From an uncultured virus (IMG/VR IMGVR_UViG_3300033148_004664) (Duplodnaviria > Heunggongvirae > Uroviricota > Caudoviricetes): DNA of 64,000 nucleotides. The number at the start of each line of letters is the position of its first letter. Position 1 is the first letter of the stretch. Below the pieces are notes generated by a model. It was not told the origin of the DNA. It saw nothing but the letters and a program-made list of their open reading frames with translations, and did not search any database. Made by a program: the position numbers and the translations under genes. Below are positions 1 through 10,230 of the stretch, in pieces. The DNA lies in the IMG/VR virus record IMGVR_UViG_3300033148_004664; one strand, written 5' to 3'.

Positions 1-891
1 GAAAAGTATACAGCTAAAATAACAGCAAAAATCGTAGAGCATTCCAGCTTTAATATAATAAATTATTTCAGAACTAAAGATGTTAAACTCTCGTTTTGGA
101 GACGTATATTGGATAATTGTATCAAGAAACACAATACTGACGTATTTGATTATGTGCTGTCATTTATACGTTATGATATTCAAGGAGATGCTATAGACGT
201 ATTCGGGGGTAGTTTATATGATACAATTGTTTTTGAAGGAGAAGACTATACAAATCCAAGTGATATGCGTAACTTATTAGATTTTATAGATATATTAATA
301 TCTTATGATATTTATCCTACACAAGAAGAAGACAAAAACACTGTTTTGACAGTAGTAATACACGCCGTTAATAATACTGAAGAGTTAAATGAATACATAA
401 ATAAACTTCAATTGAAGTGGCTTGATTGGTTTAACCTTGAGCTGATCTTGACACGTAGAATACAGTTGGGGATCACGTTGAAAGATCTGCGTGAATATCT
501 TGATATGTTGCCGGAAGAAAGTAACATATTTGGTGAATTCCCATTGTTTTCTGTCGCTATACAATCCGGCAATCCCCATTTAGTAAAAATATTACTTTCT
601 AAGTTACAGGTAGATAAACACAAATTAAACTACCTTTTAGAGGAACTTATTAGGTCTTCTGCTAAAGACGTGAGATTGATTAAGTATGTATTACAAGAAA
701 TACCCGAAAAAGATTTAGCGGATTTAATTATAACTTATAGTAGAAGTATACCAGGTAATACTCTCATATCGAAAAAAGCATTAATGATATTAGACAATTA
801 TGATTTTTCTGAAGATGAAAAGAACAGAATTTTGAGTTCGTTATCGGAATTTCAATTGGATTGGTTTAAGGAACATTTATACGGAGATTGA
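1..891 (+). CDS. Ankyrin-like/helical repeat protein, 5' truncated by the window edge
   Basis: Frame is open from base 1. Ankyrin-like PLFSVAIQSGNPHLVKILL; YDIYP motif resembles DIYP/NMYP in 6320 and 7036. Confidence 0.7.
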   Translation, partial: EKYTAKITAKIVEHSSFNIINYFRTKDVKLSFWRRILDNCIKKHNTDVFDYVLSFIRYDIQGDAIDVFGGSLYDTIVFEGEDYTNPSDMRNLLDFIDILISYDIYPTQEEDKNTVLTVVIHAVNNTEELNEYINKLQLKWLDWFNLELILTRRIQLGITLKDLREYLDMLPEESNIFGEFPLFSVAIQSGNPHLVKILLSKLQVDKHKLNYLLEELIRSSAKDVRLIKYVLQEIPEKDLADLIITYSRSIPGNTLISKKALMILDNYDFSEDEKNRILSSLSEFQLDWFKEHLYGD

Positions 892-2294
892 TTATGGAAA
901 ACGACGATTTGATGGGTAGGTATTATGATTATTATAATCAGCATAATTTCTACGAAAGATTAACTGAAATGTTGGATGAGGCTATTACTGATCCTTCTGT
1001 CTCTGAAGAATATTTGATTGCCCTTTTACAAAGACTTGGTACGTTGCCTATCCATACAAGGGTTATAAATAAAGCTGTTATACTAAACAATGTTTCGTTT
1101 TTTGAATTGTTGTTGAAAGAAAAAGAACTCGGATATGCTGATGAGACTAATAACTTTTTTTGGGAAAGAGTTATCCTCAAATCTTTAAAAGAAGAAAGAG
1201 AGGATATTGTAAAATTAATTTTTTCGTATAAAAGACAAGATGATGATTTATTGAAAATAGTTTTTAAATCTGTTTTTGCTCCACAGACGTATTTTGGTGA
1301 AGTAGGGATGCACGGGAAGAAGACGTTTGTAAAAGTTGTTGTGGATTTGAATATCTCTTTGCCATCTATTGGTGCGGAGTATGATCACGCTATTTTGAAA
1401 GAGACAATAGAGATTGTTTATTACACAGATATAAACTTACTTTTTGAATTCTTGGATTTAATTGAGGGATTTAAAATAACATTACCTACAGTAAATATGT
1501 TATTGAGCTATGATAAAGAAAAAATGATTTCGGTTTTTTCCGCGGAAGATTTATTTATACTATTCAATCGTTATCTACAAAATTTATCTAATACGGTTAT
1601 AGAATCATTATTTGGGCTTTGTTTAAGTTATAACTTTAAAAAGGGAATTATTGCTTCGTTATGGTTATATGATGATTCATTGAAGGGCGTGATAGATGAA
1701 TCATCAGATTATGATACTATTTTAACGGCTGCGATTTCTGCAGGTCTGTTTTTGAAATTAGATAACGATAAAGTTAGTGGAATATCACTTTACAGCCGAC
1801 GAATATTGAATCGTCTATTGGAAAATTGTACAGACAAAGATATAGTCATAGAATTTTTAAATAATTCGGAAGGATTTGAATTGTCTTTTGTAGATTGTGA
1901 TAACTTGATAATGAAAGATGATATTGATCTTACACCACAACAATTATTTGGTTTGTTGAAATTCTGTCCTGAGTTTGATGTGGGAGTAAAAACCTATTTC
2001 CGTTGGTATTTCTCAGAAGAAATGATAACAGAAAAACCGGAGATAGTTTCAGTGATCGTATCGAGATACAAGGGATTGTCTAAAATAGATTTTTCGTTCG
2101 GCAAACGATTTAAGCTCTTATTAAATGCGTTTTATAGTAAGGATTATGAAGATATAAAACATTTATTATTGAACCTGAAGAAAGATTGTCCAAGAAATAT
2201 TCTGTATTGGTTTGTTGATCTGTATTCCGCCGAATTTAAAATCCCACAGGATATTGCATTTGAACTTATTGAATTGATACAAGAAAGAGGGTAA
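888..2294 (+). CDS. Degenerate ankyrin-like helical repeat protein (array paralog)
   Basis: 468 aa. VINKAVILNNVSFFELLL and LIEGFKI align by eye with 2303, 3710 and 5028. Confidence 0.6.
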   Translation: MIMENDDLMGRYYDYYNQHNFYERLTEMLDEAITDPSVSEEYLIALLQRLGTLPIHTRVINKAVILNNVSFFELLLKEKELGYADETNNFFWERVILKSLKEEREDIVKLIFSYKRQDDDLLKIVFKSVFAPQTYFGEVGMHGKKTFVKVVVDLNISLPSIGAEYDHAILKETIEIVYYTDINLLFEFLDLIEGFKITLPTVNMLLSYDKEKMISVFSAEDLFILFNRYLQNLSNTVIESLFGLCLSYNFKKGIIASLWLYDDSLKGVIDESSDYDTILTAAISAGLFLKLDNDKVSGISLYSRRILNRLLENCTDKDIVIEFLNNSEGFELSFVDCDNLIMKDDIDLTPQQLFGLLKFCPEFDVGVKTYFRWYFSEEMITEKPEIVSVIVSRYKGLSKIDFSFGKRFKLLLNAFYSKDYEDIKHLLLNLKKDCPRNILYWFVDLYSAEFKIPQDIAFELIELIQERG

Positions 2295-2302
2295 TTTCAT
2301 AA

Positions 2303-3697
2303 ATGAATGAAGAAAATTATAATTATCAAGCATTCTTTAAATATAAACCGGATGTTACGAATGAATTGATAGATCTGAGTCAATCGATAGAAGACGTACC
2401 TTCTGAGTATGTTTTGAAAGTGTTTGACTACTATTTTTGGAGCTATTACATGTTTGACCCAGAAATAGTAGAAAACGTTATAAAAACAAACAATATACGA
2501 TTTTGTGAATTATTATCTCAGTATGAAGAACAATACGAGCCCGAAACACAACCTTTTCCATATGTGTGGAATCAGTTATTGAAGGTGGGTATATTATCCG
2601 CCAAATCAAATGATATAGTTCCTTGGTTGTTGAAAAACGGGAAAACAGAACCACAAGAATTAGTACGTATTCTTATTAAAAATCCCGAAACTGTAGATGA
2701 AATAACACATCTTCTTGTACAACACAATATTTATGTTGAAGTACCCAAATTTTACAGCGGAGAAGAGCTTATTGAATTTCTCATGAATATTACAAAATTA
2801 GCAAGTAATGGGACTTTATTGGCCAATTTATTTAAGCATTTAAGAGGGTTTGAAATTCCTTTACAATACTTCAACAGACTCGCGGAGATTAACAATCCGA
2901 TGTTCGAGATTGAAGATTATGCATACTTAATGAATTATAAAAGTTCAGTCGTAAAGAGTAACGCAGGAAATTTATTTATTGATTATGTAATAACTCATAG
3001 GTATGATTTGCTTATTGCTTTACTGGCACAATACAATCCTTCGTATGCGTCAATGACGGAATTGGATTTAAGGTTTGATGAGATACTTGAAAGATTTATG
3101 GAAGAACAAATACCAATATCTTGCGATTCAACACAGAAAGGGCCTGTATTCGTTAATGCTGTATTGAAGAAATTGTTTTCTCTTGATGTAGATTATGATC
3201 TTGCCCTTGACTTTTTCGATTTCATGGAGTCATTGAAATTGCCAAAGGAATTCTTTACTGAAAGACACAGTCATATATCTATGGGATTTTTCAGTTATGA
3301 TTTATCTGTAAATCAGTATGTTAGATTATTTGAATATTATCCCGGAGATTTATATGCAGATGGAAAGAGACTTGTGTGGGAGTATTGTATGGAAGGGGGA
3401 AGGCCGAATATAATTACGGCGTTACTCCGAAAAGTTACGGGTAACATGGATATTTCTACGAAAATTGCGGATTATTATATGAAATTGCATTATGCTTTGT
3501 CAAGACTTCTTAATTATTCTAAATTAATTTTTAGAACTCCAAAAGAGCAGCGAGAAGTGGAATATATAAAAGACATTCTCAGAAAGATGCATGAAGAAGA
3601 TCCGAGTAATTATGTAAAGATAGCATTTACTGCTTGGGTTTGGGGAGAACAGAAACATATTCTGAATGAATTAATTGATTATATTGAATCGTTATAA
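2303..3697 (+). CDS. Degenerate ankyrin-like helical repeat protein (array paralog)
   Basis: 464 aa. IVENVIKTNNIRFCELL and HLRGFEIP match its neighbours. Confidence 0.6.
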   Translation: MNEENYNYQAFFKYKPDVTNELIDLSQSIEDVPSEYVLKVFDYYFWSYYMFDPEIVENVIKTNNIRFCELLSQYEEQYEPETQPFPYVWNQLLKVGILSAKSNDIVPWLLKNGKTEPQELVRILIKNPETVDEITHLLVQHNIYVEVPKFYSGEELIEFLMNITKLASNGTLLANLFKHLRGFEIPLQYFNRLAEINNPMFEIEDYAYLMNYKSSVVKSNAGNLFIDYVITHRYDLLIALLAQYNPSYASMTELDLRFDEILERFMEEQIPISCDSTQKGPVFVNAVLKKLFSLDVDYDLALDFFDFMESLKLPKEFFTERHSHISMGFFSYDLSVNQYVRLFEYYPGDLYADGKRLVWEYCMEGGRPNIITALLRKVTGNMDISTKIADYYMKLHYALSRLLNYSKLIFRTPKEQREVEYIKDILRKMHEEDPSNYVKIAFTAWVWGEQKHILNELIDYIESL

Positions 3698-3709
3698 GAG
3701 AGGTATAAA

Positions 3710-5008
3710 ATGTCATTACGGTTGAATTCAAGACGAGAAGAATCGCCTTTAATTTTTTATGAAGAACCAGAGAGACATGTAATAGAAATACTTGAATACG
3801 AGGCTTCCGCTTCGGATTCTACACCCGAAGACTTGTATTATGTATTCGATAAGTTTTTTGAATTGTATTCAAACAGGGAAATTGTATTGCCGAAATCCGT
3901 TATTTATAACTGTTGTAAAGCACATAATAGTTTCTTTATGCAAACATTTATAGAGTACTGTGAAAGAAATAATATTAGTGCCGCCAGAATAGATTGGCGT
4001 TTTATTATAATGGAAATCCTTAAAATGAAAGCCTATGATATATTTGACGTCGTATATTATAATTTGATGGATAAAGCTTCTTCTGTTGTATTAAGTACTG
4101 CCAAATCTTTTATTAAAATATATGGAGGTACAATTAAGGATGTAGATAGTTTTTGTGATTTCATTTTTTCTCATGATTTTGATTTGAGCATGGCGGATTT
4201 CGGGCATAATGCATGTTTTCATAGATTCATTAAAAATTTGTTAATGAATTGTAGTGATAAAACATTGGCGTTTCGTATGCTGGATTATATAAAAGATTTT
4301 AAAGGCTTAGATTATAATTTTTATTCGGTTTATTTGGTTGATATGCCTACTAACATATTAACATACAATGATTTGTTAAAATTGTTTGATTATGCTTCGG
4401 AAACTTTGTGTAGTTATTCAACATTGAAAGCTTTATGTCATCGATACTGGGAGGGGGCAAGAGAAGATCTTTTGGGAGTACTGGTTGTACATTGTAATGG
4501 AGGGACATCTGTGTCTCCTGAATTTATTTCTTGTGTAGAATCATTATTGGATTTCGTGAGCGGAATAACAGATATAGAACCATTAGAACAATATGTTGAA
4601 ATTGCGAATTCTGTAGATAAAAAAGGAATTGTTGCAAGTCTTATGATTGAAGAAGCTATGGTTTCAAATAACGTTTCTGTTTTGAAAACGTTATTCTCTA
4701 ACTTTGATATTAATATGAGTTCATGTTCATCATTTGATTTGTTGGATACATTAGCTTTTTATGACTTCAACGATATGTCGGAAAGTATCGCATACTTAAT
4801 ACATACAGGCCAATGGGATAAGCAATATTGGATTCGAGTATTCGAAGTTCTGAGTGATGGAATATTAGTTGAAAACGCCGTTGCAATTATAGAAAATATA
4901 AACCTTACTGATAAGGAAAAGAAATATTTGCGTGATTATGTTATTAAGTACGTATATGACGAAGATAATAGGAATAAGTTACTCATGACGATAAAGAATA
5001 AAAGGTAA
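3710..5008 (+). CDS. Helical repeat protein with LRLxxRREE leader
   Basis: 432 aa, RBS GAGG. Clear paralog of 5028 (CNG, DKKG, NNV, LTxxExxxLRxYV). Confidence 0.7.
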   Translation: MSLRLNSRREESPLIFYEEPERHVIEILEYEASASDSTPEDLYYVFDKFFELYSNREIVLPKSVIYNCCKAHNSFFMQTFIEYCERNNISAARIDWRFIIMEILKMKAYDIFDVVYYNLMDKASSVVLSTAKSFIKIYGGTIKDVDSFCDFIFSHDFDLSMADFGHNACFHRFIKNLLMNCSDKTLAFRMLDYIKDFKGLDYNFYSVYLVDMPTNILTYNDLLKLFDYASETLCSYSTLKALCHRYWEGAREDLLGVLVVHCNGGTSVSPEFISCVESLLDFVSGITDIEPLEQYVEIANSVDKKGIVASLMIEEAMVSNNVSVLKTLFSNFDINMSSCSSFDLLDTLAFYDFNDMSESIAYLIHTGQWDKQYWIRVFEVLSDGILVENAVAIIENINLTDKEKKYLRDYVIKYVYDEDNRNKLLMTIKNKR

Positions 5009-5027
5009 TAAGGGGAGTTTTTGTAAA

Positions 5028-6317
5028 ATGTTAAGACTTGGTAGAAGAGAAGAAGATTTTTCTAATTTTTTTAGTGACTTTTGTCGAATAACCGTACAAA
5101 GACTTATTGAGATAGCTAAGAGGCCGGATTGCAATGCAGAAGATGTACATAGATTCCTTGATTTATTAATACATCATTGTCCCGAAACATGGGTATCTAA
5201 CGGAGTAGTGATACCAAAAGAAGTTATTAACGTCGTTGTACGCAATGCTAATATGGATTTTATTGAAGCATTGTTTGGCTACGACAAGAAGATTGATTGG
5301 GATTATTTACTGACCATGTTGTTTAATGAAAGTGGTTCTTTTGATTTAATACTGAGAATACTTGAATATTTACATAAGAATCATGATCCAAATGTTCGTC
5401 TATATCTTTCTAATACTATCACACATTTTCTTCATCGAACAAATTTCACTTCAGAGGAGACAGAGAAATTATGTAAATTCATATTGAGCGGTTATATCTC
5501 CATAGGAATGTCTGATATTTCAAGTGCATCAGCTTTTGCATATATGTTGATAAGTTTTGCTCCCAATTCAGATCTGGTTTTTGAAGTATTCAATTCTGTG
5601 CGGGGTTTTTTCATACCTTATGAATTTTATTCGGATGATATATTCTATATACCTCGGGATAAATTGGATTTAGATATTCTCATGAGATTGTTCGAGTTTT
5701 CGTATTCTGGTATATGTACAGTTGACGTACCGAAATTATGTCCTCTTTACGCAGAAGCAAATAGATTTGACATCGCTGCTGTGTATGTAGTTTTTTGTAA
5801 TGGAAGAAGAAACGTTCCCTCTGATTTCCTGAATTGTTTAAAAGAGTTATATACTATTATTTCTATAGACAATGATACTGAAATAAGTCGGCTTGTACCT
5901 TATGTAGATACGCTTGAATCAATCGACAAGAAAGGTATGTTTCTTGATACTTTACTTTACGAATGTGTAGAGAAGAATAATGTATTCGGTATGAAAGCTG
6001 TTTTTTCGTTATTCGGTATGTCTGTATTGAATTATCCTTCAATAGACATAGAAGAAACGCTCTATTGGTCTTCAAACAAGGATAAGAGAAGTGTAATTAA
6101 ATATCTTATTAATCTTGGGATCAGACCTAAAGATTTTTGGATTTCTTTGTTCAGGAAAATGTGTGTTCATGATTCTTTGAGTGCTACTGCAATAGTAGAA
6201 ACATTACCTTTGACGAAGGATGAATTGTTACAATTGAGAAATTACGTAGAAAAAATATATTTGCCGTTGAATACAGAGAAGATATTACTTGATAGTTTGG
6301 ATAAAGCAGAGGATTAA
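5028..6317 (+). CDS. Helical repeat protein with LRLGRREE leader
   Basis: 429 aa, RBS GGGGAG; paralog of 3710. Confidence 0.7.
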   Translation: MLRLGRREEDFSNFFSDFCRITVQRLIEIAKRPDCNAEDVHRFLDLLIHHCPETWVSNGVVIPKEVINVVVRNANMDFIEALFGYDKKIDWDYLLTMLFNESGSFDLILRILEYLHKNHDPNVRLYLSNTITHFLHRTNFTSEETEKLCKFILSGYISIGMSDISSASAFAYMLISFAPNSDLVFEVFNSVRGFFIPYEFYSDDIFYIPRDKLDLDILMRLFEFSYSGICTVDVPKLCPLYAEANRFDIAAVYVVFCNGRRNVPSDFLNCLKELYTIISIDNDTEISRLVPYVDTLESIDKKGMFLDTLLYECVEKNNVFGMKAVFSLFGMSVLNYPSIDIEETLYWSSNKDKRSVIKYLINLGIRPKDFWISLFRKMCVHDSLSATAIVETLPLTKDELLQLRNYVEKIYLPLNTEKILLDSLDKAED

Positions 6318-6319
6318 TT

Positions 6320-7033
6320 ATGCTAAAACTTAATAGAAGAGAAGAAGAGCCATTAGAACGTCCTGATATACTTACAAAGGAAACCATCCGTAGCTATTAT
6401 GAAAACGGCGAAGAAGAATTAATACCTCAACTTTTTATAGAAGGCATTTACAGCGGAGCGGATGGAAATGTTGTTTACGATATGTTGAAATATGTAACTG
6501 AATTCAATGATATAAGATTATTTGAACGTTGTGTAGAAGCATTAGGTAAAACTGATTTTTTGAAAGAGTTTATTTTCAATTTAATACGCGAATACCCTCC
6601 ACGTAATTATTTCGTATGGGATATAATTTTAGCCGGATTATCTACTGGAGTTATCGATATTACTATGGGTAATTTCGTTTTATTTGAATATCTAATAGAT
6701 GAAAATGTAGAAGGATTAGATGAAGTTGCTCATGAACTGTTCAGCTATACAGATAATCCTGAAAATATAGCTTTCAATTTCTACGCACGAGCAGTCAACG
6801 ATTGTTCGACTTGGGAATTCGAACGTTTGTTGGATTTACGTTTCCCAGTGAAGGATGAATTATTCCGTTTTATTATAAACAGTTCTTGTCTTCATAAATG
6901 GAATTTTTGTGGAGAATTGATTCATCGTGATATATATCCGAAAGATGAAAAAACAATAAAATTATTATTAAATGAAGATATAGGAGAACTTTCAAAAGAA
7001 AAATTACTTAATTATTATAAAAAGAGGCGGTAA
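6320..7033 (+). CDS. Helical repeat protein with LKLNRREE leader
   Basis: 237 aa, RBS GAGGA; carries the shared leader. Confidence 0.7.
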   Translation: MLKLNRREEEPLERPDILTKETIRSYYENGEEELIPQLFIEGIYSGADGNVVYDMLKYVTEFNDIRLFERCVEALGKTDFLKEFIFNLIREYPPRNYFVWDIILAGLSTGVIDITMGNFVLFEYLIDENVEGLDEVAHELFSYTDNPENIAFNFYARAVNDCSTWEFERLLDLRFPVKDELFRFIINSSCLHKWNFCGELIHRDIYPKDEKTIKLLLNEDIGELSKEKLLNYYKKRR

Positions 7034-7035
7034 TC

Positions 7036-8505
7036 ATGTTACATATTAGTAGACGAGAAGAGGATTTTGATTCTTTACGAGAGAAGAAACGAGTGAACAA
7101 GGATTTTTGGACACAGGTTAGATCTGCTTGTTCGAAAGGTGATATAGATCTTCTTAAATTTCTTATGAGATCAACTGATATTTATGTATTTCCTGATGAA
7201 GATACTAATATCTGTTTATACTTGGCCATAAAAGGCAACCATCCTGATATGGTTGAATTCCTACTTTCGCCTTATAATTCTAAATACAAAATTCCTTCTC
7301 ATCTCGTCATGTATAGTTTCAAAACTAAAAATCCAGAAATAGTAAAACATGTCATAGACAGATTAAAGGAAGAAGGTACATTATTGAAACATGCAGGAAT
7401 GCTTTACGAGTTGGCGGATTACTTGTTTGAATACGATACTGACAATCCAGATGTAAGAAAGATATATCTATTAGTCCGTGATATGTGGGATGACGCAGAA
7501 GATCCCAAAGCTGTTTGGGATGAAAGCCTTCGTGAACAAGTATTGTCAACAAAAGGTTTTTTGGGGAGAGATAGTTTTTCTGTAGATCCAATATCTATGT
7601 TAAAGAGTGCATTTGAAATAGATTGGCCGGAACCGACACTTAATTATTGGAAGAATTTTTCTTCTTCATCGGCTATATTTGAAGAAGGAAAAGTAGATGA
7701 TTTCATAGAAATGTTTACTAAACGTTATGGACCCGAAAAGACAGTCGAATTATTGCGATCGTATCTTCCTCAATCAAAACTCACTCTTTTTGCTTCAAGA
7801 ATAATGGAAGCACCTGGATTTTTTGAAAAGGATTATTTGATTGTTATAGAAGGCATTATGTCGGTTCAGCATCAATTAAAACATTTCTTGAACTATTTAT
7901 TAGAAGGCGCGACTGTATATGAAAATCTTGATTGTGTCAATTATTTTTACAAGACAGTAAAGAAATACAACGATGATATAGATTTCAGCGTAAGAGATAG
8001 TTTGTATATTAACGTCTTCACATTTCCATCCGATGTAGTGTTAAAAGGATTAATTATTTTGTATAGCGCAAAGATTGAACCTCCGTATAATTTGTATAAT
8101 CTTATTGCCGATAATATAGAAGATGAAAAAGAAGCGACTAAAATATATGCTCATTTAATGATTAGATACAACATGTATCCTGCTACTGCTGACGATGCGG
8201 TTGAAGTATTAATAATGTTTTATTATAACAATATTGAATATATGTTGGAACCGTTGATAAAACATATTGAGGAACGTGATTGGGAATCCGCAGTATTATA
8301 TAGGTTGATTCATGCGGGAGCAAATTCAATAGCATATAAATTAATAAACAATTACTGGACGGATTTAAACTTTACGTTTGAGTTTTTAGAAGAAGCGTAT
8401 GAATACGGCGACAGAGCATTGGTGGATTTAATACTTAGTCGTATGGATAAAGATGAAGTCGAACGAGCAAAGAAACTTATTTTTGACCGTGATGAAGAGG
8501 AGTAA
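7036..8505 (+). CDS. Ankyrin-repeat protein with LHISRREE leader
   Basis: SACSKGDIDLLKFL, LYLAIKGNHPDMVEFLL and EEAYEYGDRALVDLIL are ankyrin-like. Confidence 0.75.
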   Translation: MLHISRREEDFDSLREKKRVNKDFWTQVRSACSKGDIDLLKFLMRSTDIYVFPDEDTNICLYLAIKGNHPDMVEFLLSPYNSKYKIPSHLVMYSFKTKNPEIVKHVIDRLKEEGTLLKHAGMLYELADYLFEYDTDNPDVRKIYLLVRDMWDDAEDPKAVWDESLREQVLSTKGFLGRDSFSVDPISMLKSAFEIDWPEPTLNYWKNFSSSSAIFEEGKVDDFIEMFTKRYGPEKTVELLRSYLPQSKLTLFASRIMEAPGFFEKDYLIVIEGIMSVQHQLKHFLNYLLEGATVYENLDCVNYFYKTVKKYNDDIDFSVRDSLYINVFTFPSDVVLKGLIILYSAKIEPPYNLYNLIADNIEDEKEATKIYAHLMIRYNMYPATADDAVEVLIMFYYNNIEYMLEPLIKHIEERDWESAVLYRLIHAGANSIAYKLINNYWTDLNFTFEFLEEAYEYGDRALVDLILSRMDKDEVERAKKLIFDRDEEE

Positions 8506-8509
8506 TACA

Positions 8510-8577
8510 ATGTTACGTTTATCAAGACGAGATGAATTCGATGATTCGATGAATTAGAATTTGAAGATGAAGAATAG
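8510..8577 (+). pseudogene. Leader-only acidic mini-ORF, apparently frameshifted
   Basis: ATG 8510 after GAGGAG reads MLRLSRRDEFDDSMN* (to 8557). One extra T near 8545 gives MLRLSRRDEFDDFDELEFEDEE* (to 8577). Confidence 0.6.
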
Positions 8578-8594
8578 AAAGAAAGGAGTTATAA

Positions 8595-9533
8595 ATGAGA
8601 AAATTAAATATGAAAAAAATAGCTTTGAAACCTGAATGGAGAGAACTTCCCGGAATGGATGAAATATTAGATGCGTATGATGACAGCGATTTGAATTTAT
8701 TAAAGGATTTAATTGAATCAAGTGAAAACAGGAAAGAAATATTGGAATTCGTATATTTGAATGCAGTCAAGGACGGTTGGGTAGATTGCGTTCGTTATTG
8801 TTTGTCGGCTGGAGTAGACCCTGCTGCACATTGGGGAGACGCATTGGTTTTATCAGCACGAAACGGTCATGTAGATGTATTCAAACTTATTAATGACACT
8901 GTCGATGTATATAATACATTCAATAATTATCAAGTACGAATGGCTATTATTTATGCTGCAATGTATAGCCCGGAAATAATAGATGTAATGATAAAGGATT
9001 ATCCTGATGTCTATAATGAGAATATACCAGGTATTATTGAATATCTTATTGATAGAGGCGATTACGGTCCGGCTACTTATCTTTACGAGAAGGCTAAAAG
9101 GAACGGTATTGATATTAATGAGGAAATAGAAGAAGCAATACAAAACATGGATTATCCACAAAAGCGTCAGTATGAAAGATCTTCCGGTTACGATGATAGA
9201 TTTTTAGGCGGCGGAGGAGGTTATGGAAAACCGATGTATTTACTTGAAGACTGGACGTTTCCGGGAAAGGAAGAGGCGAATGATATGTTGATTACCGGTG
9301 CGATGCGGGGAGAGATGTCTACAGTTACTCAAGCATTAAACAGAGGGGCGGATATTCATATCGGACAAGACGCACCTCTGTTTGCGGCAGTATATAATTG
9401 TCATCCTGAAATAGTTGAATTATTATTGGAACGCGGAGCCGATCCGTTCGCACGTAATGGAATGATATTAAGAATATCTAAAATCCACGGTTGCCCTGAA
9501 GCGGCGGAAATACTCGATAGGTATTCTCATTAA
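8595..9533 (+). CDS. Ankyrin repeat protein
   Basis: Canonical repeats: ALVLSARNGHVDVFKLI, ALNRGADIH, APLFAAVYNCHPEIVELLLERGADP. Confidence 0.9.
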   Translation: MRKLNMKKIALKPEWRELPGMDEILDAYDDSDLNLLKDLIESSENRKEILEFVYLNAVKDGWVDCVRYCLSAGVDPAAHWGDALVLSARNGHVDVFKLINDTVDVYNTFNNYQVRMAIIYAAMYSPEIIDVMIKDYPDVYNENIPGIIEYLIDRGDYGPATYLYEKAKRNGIDINEEIEEAIQNMDYPQKRQYERSSGYDDRFLGGGGGYGKPMYLLEDWTFPGKEEANDMLITGAMRGEMSTVTQALNRGADIHIGQDAPLFAAVYNCHPEIVELLLERGADPFARNGMILRISKIHGCPEAAEILDRYSH

Positions 9534-9542
9534 AATTTTTTA

Positions 9543-9571
9543 TTGTATTTCATTAAAAATTTTTGTATATT
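9543..9571 (+). promoter_or_regulatory. Sigma70-like early promoter
   Basis: TTGTAT-N17-TATATT with an upstream A/T tract; same design recurs across the accessory region. Confidence 0.6.
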
Positions 9572-9614
9572 TATACTGAAAGAGCAAAAACCTTTAACGT
9601 TGAGGTGTAAAATT

Positions 9615-10043
9615 ATGTTATCAGTATTCTTTAGTCTTTTTATCTTGTGGAATTTATTCCGTGGATATAAAGAAGGAATCGTAATGTCGATGTCCGGCGA
9701 TAAAACCCATACAGGTTTAATCGAAGGCATAAGGGGGCATAAATACTTTTCTGTATATCATAATATCTCGGCGTTAGGGGATTTTTTATTGTTTTTTAGT
9801 GGTATATGTTTTTGTTATATTGAACTTACTATTCATAATCTGTTATTGATTCTTGGTTTTTTGTTTTTGGGTTGGAGTACTTTTGAAATCGGTTATTCCT
9901 TTGCAAGATACGAATCTGTAATACCTCCTACAGAAAACATTTTGGGTTCAGGAATATATGCTAATGGGAATAAAGTCATGTTGTTATTCATTGGAAGAAT
10001 AATAATGGCTTTACTCTTGATATGGTTGTCTTTCAGTCTGTAG
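9615..10043 (+). CDS. Membrane protein
   Basis: Several hydrophobic helices. ATG 9615 after GAGG is preferred to the TTG at 9543, which is the -35 box. Confidence 0.7.
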   Translation: MLSVFFSLFILWNLFRGYKEGIVMSMSGDKTHTGLIEGIRGHKYFSVYHNISALGDFLLFFSGICFCYIELTIHNLLLILGFLFLGWSTFEIGYSFARYESVIPPTENILGSGIYANGNKVMLLFIGRIIMALLLIWLSFSL

Positions 10044-10056
10044 AGGGTGATTTTTC

Positions 10057-10230
10057 ATGTTTTGTAAAGATTGTAAATATTGGAAAAGTACCGATGATAA
10101 ATGTTATGGGATGTGTTGTTTATCGGAATATGAAAAGGACGTAATCAGTAATTCGTATATTGTTTTCATGTATGATGGATGTTCGTATTGGCGTAAAAAT
10201 GACAAGAGGAAAGAAGTAGTGTTATCATGA
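10057..10230 (+). CDS. Small CxxCxxW Cys-rich protein (not in ORF track)
   Basis: MFCKDCKYWKSTDDKCYGMC...GCSYW, 57 aa; member of a repeated family. Confidence 0.7.
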   Translation: MFCKDCKYWKSTDDKCYGMCCLSEYEKDVISNSYIVFMYDGCSYWRKNDKRKEVVLS

